From NCBI GenBank assembly GCA_951406725.2, contig OX597815.1, forward strand, positions 197,594,001 to 197,658,000: DNA of 64,000 nt, read 5' to 3'. Below the pieces are notes generated by a model. That model worked only from the letters and a program-made list of their open reading frames with translations, was not told where the DNA came from and searched no databases. A program made the translations under genes and the position numbers. Shown here piece by piece: positions 55,237 to 64,000 of this stretch; within the stretch, counting starts at the first letter, position 1; every line of letters starts with the position of its first letter. Origin of the DNA: Octopus vulgaris. Lineage: Eukaryota.

Positions 55237-55685
55237 TTCTAGCAATGCTGGTGCTAACTGGCATCCTTAATCACCTTAATGCCGTCTGTATTTGTGCCGT
55301 TTGGTTGTAAGTTGCGAAAAAGCCACCCTAATAATTTATAACTTTCGCTTTTATCATTTATGCAATCAGCCTCTGAGTCTTCCATTATTTTCTATGAGCT
55401 AACAAGACGAGTTAGATTTGATACTCGGCAACCGGATGAGAGGTCACTGATAAGGATTAATCATATCCGAAATCATCGATGATCTGGCTCTGCTTCGCTT
55501 GCTGTAGGGAGCTTCTCTCCCTCGTCAGTAGTCATTAGCTAAGTGCTTCCCGTGGCTAATATTTCTTCCGACTCTTACTTCTAGCAATGCTGGTGCTAAC
55601 TATCACCCTTAGTAACCATAGTGATGTGTATACTTATGCCTTTTCGTTGTAAATTGCGATTAAGCAACCCTAATAATATTTATAA
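55237..55685 (+). mobile_element. Partial tandem repeat (~342-bp period) containing an HHR; retrozyme- or pLTR-like
   Basis: ~105-bp direct repeats starting TTCTAGCAATGCTGGTGCTAACT at 55237 and 55579. Confidence 0.65.
55442..55489 (+). ncRNA. Type I hammerhead motif (C3-A8 mismatch)
   Basis: GGTCA-CTGATAA-GGAT taatcat ATCC-GAA-ATCATCGATGAT-C-TGGCT. 12-nt palindromic stem III, AUC triplet. Confidence 0.7.
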
Positions 55686-55939
55686 ATCAGTAATGAAAAA
55701 CAAAATAAATTGTACAATTATAAATTCAATTCAACTTAAATAGGTTATACAAACAAATAAATTCAATTTTTGCTGGCACCGCCATTTGGGAAGGTATCGG
55801 TATTATCGTTAAATGTGCGAAACAGAATATTACCAATTGGTCAATAACTGATGAAAGATTACTGACCTTCTGTTTTCTGCTCGTTTTTACATTCAGTATA
55901 CGTTGCGTCGTGTGTTTATATGTTCATTTATATATAAAG

Positions 55940-56551
55940 ATATACGGGAATACGGAGAAATAGCGTTAAGTGAGCACATCGACATTTGCGCCACTAATGA
56001 AAAACCCAACTTTAGAATTTTTTCCCCTCTGTAATTTTAAGGCCAATGCAACCTATAATCAGCGCATTAGCAAAGAATCATATTTTATAGCAAATATACA
56101 CACGTCAGTACACACATACACTCATGATAACCCCACAAGTCCATACGCACATACGCGAATCACATGAAATGCGCATCACTCCATATAATGTACACACTCA
56201 GATAGGTATGCTTATGCAAACACACACACAAGTTCACTTAATTTTCAGCTCCCCCACACATACATACGCGCTCGCCCCATACACTCATACACGCTCATAA
56301 TCACCATTCTCGCATAAACACGCTCACTAGGTCACTGTTTTTATCACCATTTTATTCAGCCTCTTTCTTCTGGACATTTAATCACGCTGAACCATTAACT
56401 CTACACATTTCTTTCTTTCCTCTTAATCATTTCTGTATAAGAGCGTAGGCTCGAAACGTCAAAGACTTTTCCATTCTTCCCGAGCGTTAAATAAATATAC
56501 CTGCTTGTTGTACCTCCACCTGTTTTTTTCTATTGTCTTCTGTAAATTTGT

Positions 56552-56552
<1 letters not shown>
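55940..56552 (+). mobile_element. PLE 3' fragment: GIY-YIG C-terminus followed by a family H terminus
   Basis: EYGEIALSEHIDICATNEKPNFRIF/PLCNFKANATYNQRISKESYFIA (one frameshift), then a family H motif at 56430-56464 and (TA)n. Confidence 0.7.
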
Positions 56553-56633
<81 letters not shown>

Positions 56634-56949
56634 TGGGGTGTACTCTATTTGTATCGAATTAATAAATAATAATTGATTTAAGTCAATTGTTGTTGATAAA
56701 TATTTCTCCATTTTCTGTTTTCCTTAAATATTGCTTCTTGATAAACTTATGTTTATCCTTGTCTTTACCTATAATTTATGAGCATAATATGCCTGCATAG
56801 GCATACTCATGGTTCAACACAAGTAATATACCGGTTGTATAACAGATACTTCTATTCCTTAGATGGTTATTTTAACACCTGTAACTCAGGTAACCTTATA
56901 TATATATAAATATATATCAGTTCTATAGTCGATTTCATCAACTAAAACC

Positions 56950-57006
56950 GATTTAAGAGGGTGCTCCAACATGGCCGCAGTTAAATGCCCGAAATGCGTA
57001 AAAGAA
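56950..57006 (+). mobile_element. SINE A 3' tail fragment
   Basis: GGTGCTCCAACATGGCCGCAGTTAAATG...GTAAAAGA. Confidence 0.6.
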
Positions 57007-57027
57007 TATATATATGTATATACATTT

Positions 57028-57268
57028 TATTTAAAAGCAGCAAAAATTCAACAAAACCTGTTACTCGGAGTTTCACGTTCCAGTTCGTCGGACAGTTTTG
57101 TTAATAGTTCTGTTAAAATTTTAACAAAACTGTCCGACGAACGGGAACGTGAAACTCCGAGTAACAGGTTTTGTTGAATTGCTGCTGCTTTTAAATATAT
57201 TGCTCTACCCCTGGTATTTGAGTACTCTTTTTTCCACCTTGTTTCACATTTATGTGTTTACTCCGGTA
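57028..57268 (+). mobile_element. (TA)n-flanked foldback element with mirrored HHRs
   Basis: 57030-57104 mirrors 57121-57195. Confidence 0.8.
57130..57167 (+). ncRNA. Hammerhead motif, U4C core variant
   Basis: CTGT-CCGACGA-ACG GGAA CGT-GAAAC TCCGA GTA-ACAG. GNRA-capped stem II. Mirror copy at ~57058-57095 on the minus strand. Confidence 0.75.
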
Positions 57269-57327
57269 TATGCATATATATACATATATATACATATATA
57301 TATATATGTATGTATATGTATATGTAC

Positions 57328-58924
<1,597 letters not shown>

Positions 58925-58934
58925 AAGAACGTGA

Positions 58935-58985
<51 letters not shown>

Positions 58986-59036
58986 TATATCTCTCTATTT
59001 ATCTATATATACAAAAATATGTTTGTGTGTGTATAA

Positions 59037-59150
<114 letters not shown>

Positions 59151-59939
59151 ATACAAACTAGGGAGACAATGTAATATAAGAAGAACGTGAGAAATACACA
59201 CACAAATTCATTGGTAATTTGTTTAAACCGATAAATGTATTTTCATTGGTGTTGCGTTACCCAATTATTAGAATGACTGCATCTCTTGACAAAAACAGGA
59301 ATATTTTAATTCACTTAACTTGAAGATGTATATGTTTTCATATAAAAACATCACAATTCAGTGTGTTACTATGCCTTCAATTTAAGAACATATGAATTAT
59401 ACTTATACGACCTAATATATTCACAACTAGCGTACATTTTCTTTCTTTACACAAGACATCTCAACATTGTAATATTTATATTTCTTTCAGTAACCCTAAG
59501 CCTCATATTGTTAACGGCGGAGCTTAAGCCTTAGGCAGCATTTGTGAATTCTACATTTACTGTAATTGCTTTTGCAGCGACAATATTTTATTTTTGCGGG
59601 AAAACTTAAGATCACTATTTTCTCATAAAAGTGCGTAATTTATTGTAATTGCCTGAACAGACACTAAACAGGGATGAATGCTCTAGCTATAACTATCTAA
59701 TGTTTTTTTTTAGATATAATGTATGTAAAACTATATTGCCTAATTTAAAATCTTAAATACGGTATTATCAATGTCTTGAGTAAGTTTCTTGGCTCTACAC
59801 AGCCAAGACACATAAGTATATACAGCTCTATACAGCATTAAAAGTGTCTTGGCTGGTTAATTTTATTTAGTTTACACAGCTGCAACAGCCTATGTGTTTG
59901 GAGAATTTCCACTACATAAAAATCAACATATATTATCTT

Positions 59940-60370
<431 letters not shown>

Positions 60371-61636
60371 TCTGTTTTTAGTGAAATCAACAAATCATCT
60401 CAATGTCTGTTTCTCGATGCATGTTTCCTTCCGATTAAAAATGCAGAAAATGTCTATTATGACTCCGCCGCTGTAAGTGCTCGAGTGCTGTTGTAACAAT
60501 GGATTTCTGGTAGGGTAGAAAATGATAAGAGAGAAGGTTTTACTTGTCAGGAGAGGGGGGTGGAAATTTTCAAAACATTCATTTTTTAGGGCATCTTCCT
60601 AAAAATATCCTGGATGAGGCAATTAATGATGTAAATTACTATGATGGATGAAATATGTCTCTAATTAACATTCTGAGAATACTCACTACGAATGTAAATT
60701 GACTTCCGCATGTTTGCTAATATTTTTCTTGTTCTGAAATTTTAAAGATTTTTCTCATTTAAATAATAAGTTTGCTTTTGTAAAATGAACCAAATTTAAA
60801 ATTATGTTAACCCTCGTAATAATAAACATTTTATTTGTTCCTCCAGGAAATATAATCTCAGCACAAATTTGAAGAATTAGAGTTTTCCTATGAAATATCC
60901 ATGTATAAGTAGTTAATAATAATTTGGTTAGTATGTTTAATTAAGCTATACGTCTAGTATCATGTTTATGTCTGTATATGGCTAATTATCTAGTAAATTA
61001 ATAAATATAAGTGATATCCAGTACAACGTATACACTTTGTCTTTTCCAAAACACATCATTCGCATTTAATGTTATATTCGATCCTAATAATGTTTTCTTG
61101 TATTCGATCCCAGTAAAGAAAAACGAGTGTGTCGATCTATTTTTAAAGCACATTAATGCATTTCATTTATGCAAAAATGAGCAAATAGATTTTACTACGC
61201 ATTCTTGAATACTGGCCATGACTTAGATGCAGACAGACATATGCAAAATTGTGCGAATATCTTTATTCGGAACGTATTTTAAGTGGTCTCAGGCTAAAGC
61301 ACCTTTGCACAAACAGCATTTGATATAATACCAATGTAAACAATTTGGCTCTTTATTAACGTTCAAGATTCCATCATTCATAGAATTTGCTTAAATTAAT
61401 GGAAACAATATAAAATGCCAGCCTCACAGTTAATAAAAAGATATATACCGATCATTTGGATGAGTTATAAATATGGGGAGATATAATGACAATCAGTTGT
61501 CCTTATTGTTAAATATATGCTTTCAATATAAATTGTTTCAATGTTTGTTTATCGTGTTGAAGTTATTTGCATATCTTTCCGGTAATGAACTCTTAGCCAC
61601 CTATATTCATCGTATACGTTTGTCGTATTACCTTAA

Positions 61637-61854
61637 CCCTTTAGTGTTCACATTCTGCCAAAACTAATGCTTTTTCATCCATATTGTTTTGACCAAATCA
61701 TACATTATCTTGTAGCTATGAGATTGTGATGAGGTAGCTGTTAATTTTTAAGATGATATTGTAGGGTTGGTGTGAGAGACCAGATATGGCCAGTTTGAAC
61801 ATAAAACAATCAGAATACTTTTGGCCGGGTATGGCCGGTTTAAATGCTAAAGGG
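61637..61854. mobile_element. piggyBac-type MITE
   Basis: TTAA|CCCTTTAGTGTTCA ... TAAATGCTAAAGGG|TTAA. Confidence 0.85.
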
Positions 61855-62764
61855 TTAATGTATGAAAACCAGAAGTTAGATTGATATGATAGTTATAGGT
61901 AGAAATATGAAAAAAAGACTCTCTTGCAGGAAAAGCTAAGAATCAAACAGAACAAGTAGAAAAGCCAATATCAAGGGTATCCTCTCCAAAACTAGCACCA
62001 AATCGGAACACAAAGAAAAAGCAAAATCAATACTAGCAACACCATGAAGACATTTTGTATCCAGAGGAAGCATGATATATGCACGTATGTATAAATGCAC
62101 ACACACACACACACAAACACACACACAGGCACGCACACACAAACAAACAAACATATATCTGTGTATGTAAGTGTGTGTGTTTCTATATACAATGGATTTC
62201 CTTAGACAGTGAAAATGATAGTGAAAAAGTCGATTTTACTTGTCATCACATAGCGAAATAACCTTATTATTTTTTAGGGCATCCTTCTTATAATACTGCG
62301 GATTTGACAAGAAAAGTCTGCGATTTCATTTCAGACTGATTCACTTGTACGCAGTCTTTCTTCTATGCTACTTACAGTTCGGTAATCTTGCTATCGAGCT
62401 TTCACTACGAAGAACATATATGTAGAGAACATGAATATTACTTACTGCTAGAGTAAAGAAATTTTAGAGATTTGATTCCAAGAGTTCATTTTGTTGTGTG
62501 TGATACCTTAATCGTATGACATGGTTCTCCGTTCTCTGGAAAACATTGGTCTACTTATAAACATAGGAATAAAGTAGTAATGGATTATTTCGACTAGTTT
62601 ACAACATTTCAGTTGATTTTGATAAACATTTTTTAGATATATCTTGCTTCACCCCCACATAACAACAAATCATTTCTTTACCTGATTTATTAAAACAACC
62701 ACGCTCCTCTATTTTGGTTTTTCGCATATATACATATATACATATATAATATGTATATATGTGT

Positions 62765-62938
<174 letters not shown>

Positions 62939-62959
62939 GTATATATGTATATATATATG

Positions 62960-63008
<49 letters not shown>

Positions 63009-63071
63009 ATATATATATGTATATTATATTAAATTATATATATGTATATATATATATATATATATTTTTTT

Positions 63072-63537
63072 AAAAAACAAGTCAAAAATAGAAAATGCTA
63101 AGATGATTTTATAGTGAATCTGATATTTCAGTGAACGTCGGTTTCGGTCATTTTGAGACCTTTTCAACTGTAACGATTAAATAATTAAATTTAGAAAAAT
63201 TTAGAAAAATTAGAAGAAAGGTTTTTTAAAGGAATACTTCCATTGTAGTGTTCAGATATAGGTGGCATTCTGCCTTTCTCTGACTCCCTTGTTTGCACTT
63301 GTGTATTCGAATACACAAGTGCAAACAAGGGAGTCAGAGAAAGGCAGAATGCCACCTATATCTGAACACTACTATGGAAGTATTCCTTTAAAAAAACCTT
63401 TCTTCTAATTTTTCTAAATTTTTCTAAGTTTAATTATTTAATCGTTACAGTTGAAAAGGTCTCAAAATGACCGAAACCGGTACTGAAAGATTCACTATAA
63501 AATCATCTTAGCATTTTCTATTTTTGACTTGTTTTTT
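63072..63537. repeat. ~465-bp near-perfect spacerless palindrome
   Basis: Centre GTGTATTC|GAATACAC at 63308/63309. The arms differ by a few substitutions and small indels. Confidence 0.95.
63448..63485 (+). ncRNA. Hammerhead motif, U3-A8 core variant
   Basis: CAG-TTGAAAA-GGTC tcaaaat GACC-GAAAC CG GTA-CTG. Palindromic stem III ACCGGT. Confidence 0.7.
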
Positions 63538-63567
63538 CATATATATCAACTCGTGTGTTCCTTTCCA

Positions 63568-63599
<32 letters not shown>

Positions 63600-63681
63600 G
63601 GTCCCGGGTTGAGTCGGGGTTAACCACAGTAAATAAGGTACTCAATACATAGCAGAGTAAATTAATTTATTTTATAGAAGG

Positions 63682-63732
63682 AGCTTCTACAGGACTAGAA
63701 CTGTTTCATTCAAATGAAATCATCAGGAAGCT
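63682..63732 (-). ncRNA. Type I hammerhead ribozyme, canonical core
   Basis: Minus strand: AGCTTC-CTGATGA-tTTC attt GAAt-GAAA CAG ttctagtc CTG TA-GAAGCT. 6-bp stem I, GUA triplet. Confidence 0.8.
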
Positions 63733-64000
63733 TTGTGTCAAGAATAGTTTTGGTATTTATACATTTAGGCAGATTTAAAGGGGTGGTGGTGGTGGACTTT
63801 TTTGGGGGTAGGCATGGCGCAAACAGTCTTTCTTAGGGGAGTGGTCAAAAGAATCAGTGATAAAGTAGATAAATGAATAAATAGAATAATAGAATAATAG
63901 AATAGAGTTTTAGGTAAATAAGAAGACTATATGCAAGCACACGCACACATATATCTACACACATATATATAAAAAAAGAATATACACACCCATACACACA

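Noticed and set aside
60835-60910. Splice-acceptor-like TTTGTTCCTCCAG
   Set aside because: Stop codons occur in all three frames shortly downstream.

Overview
Very AT-rich, microsatellite-dense eukaryotic DNA with no recognisable host protein-coding gene. The repeat families resemble those of octopod cephalopods (inference). Nearly all provided ORFs are microsatellite artefacts. The window is a transposon mosaic: three tRNA-derived SINE families in many copies plus an old CORE-like SINE, a 5'-truncated Penelope-like element (PLE; RT C-terminus and GIY-YIG), a second PLE GIY-YIG tail, two decayed mariners, a DD37D/DD41D-type remnant, several MITEs (one piggyBac-type), a solo LTR and an R4/Dong-like LINE fragment. 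The most striking signal is a dense set of type I hammerhead-ribozyme (HHR) motifs, more than 15 including degenerate copies, from many unrelated short PLE-derived elements. These elements sit in (TA)n tracts and often fold back as long palindromes. Several carry non-canonical cores: U3-A8 covariation, U4C, and a multi-copy CUGUNGAA variant. All folds and coordinates were read by eye, so boundaries are approximate and ribozyme activity is untested.
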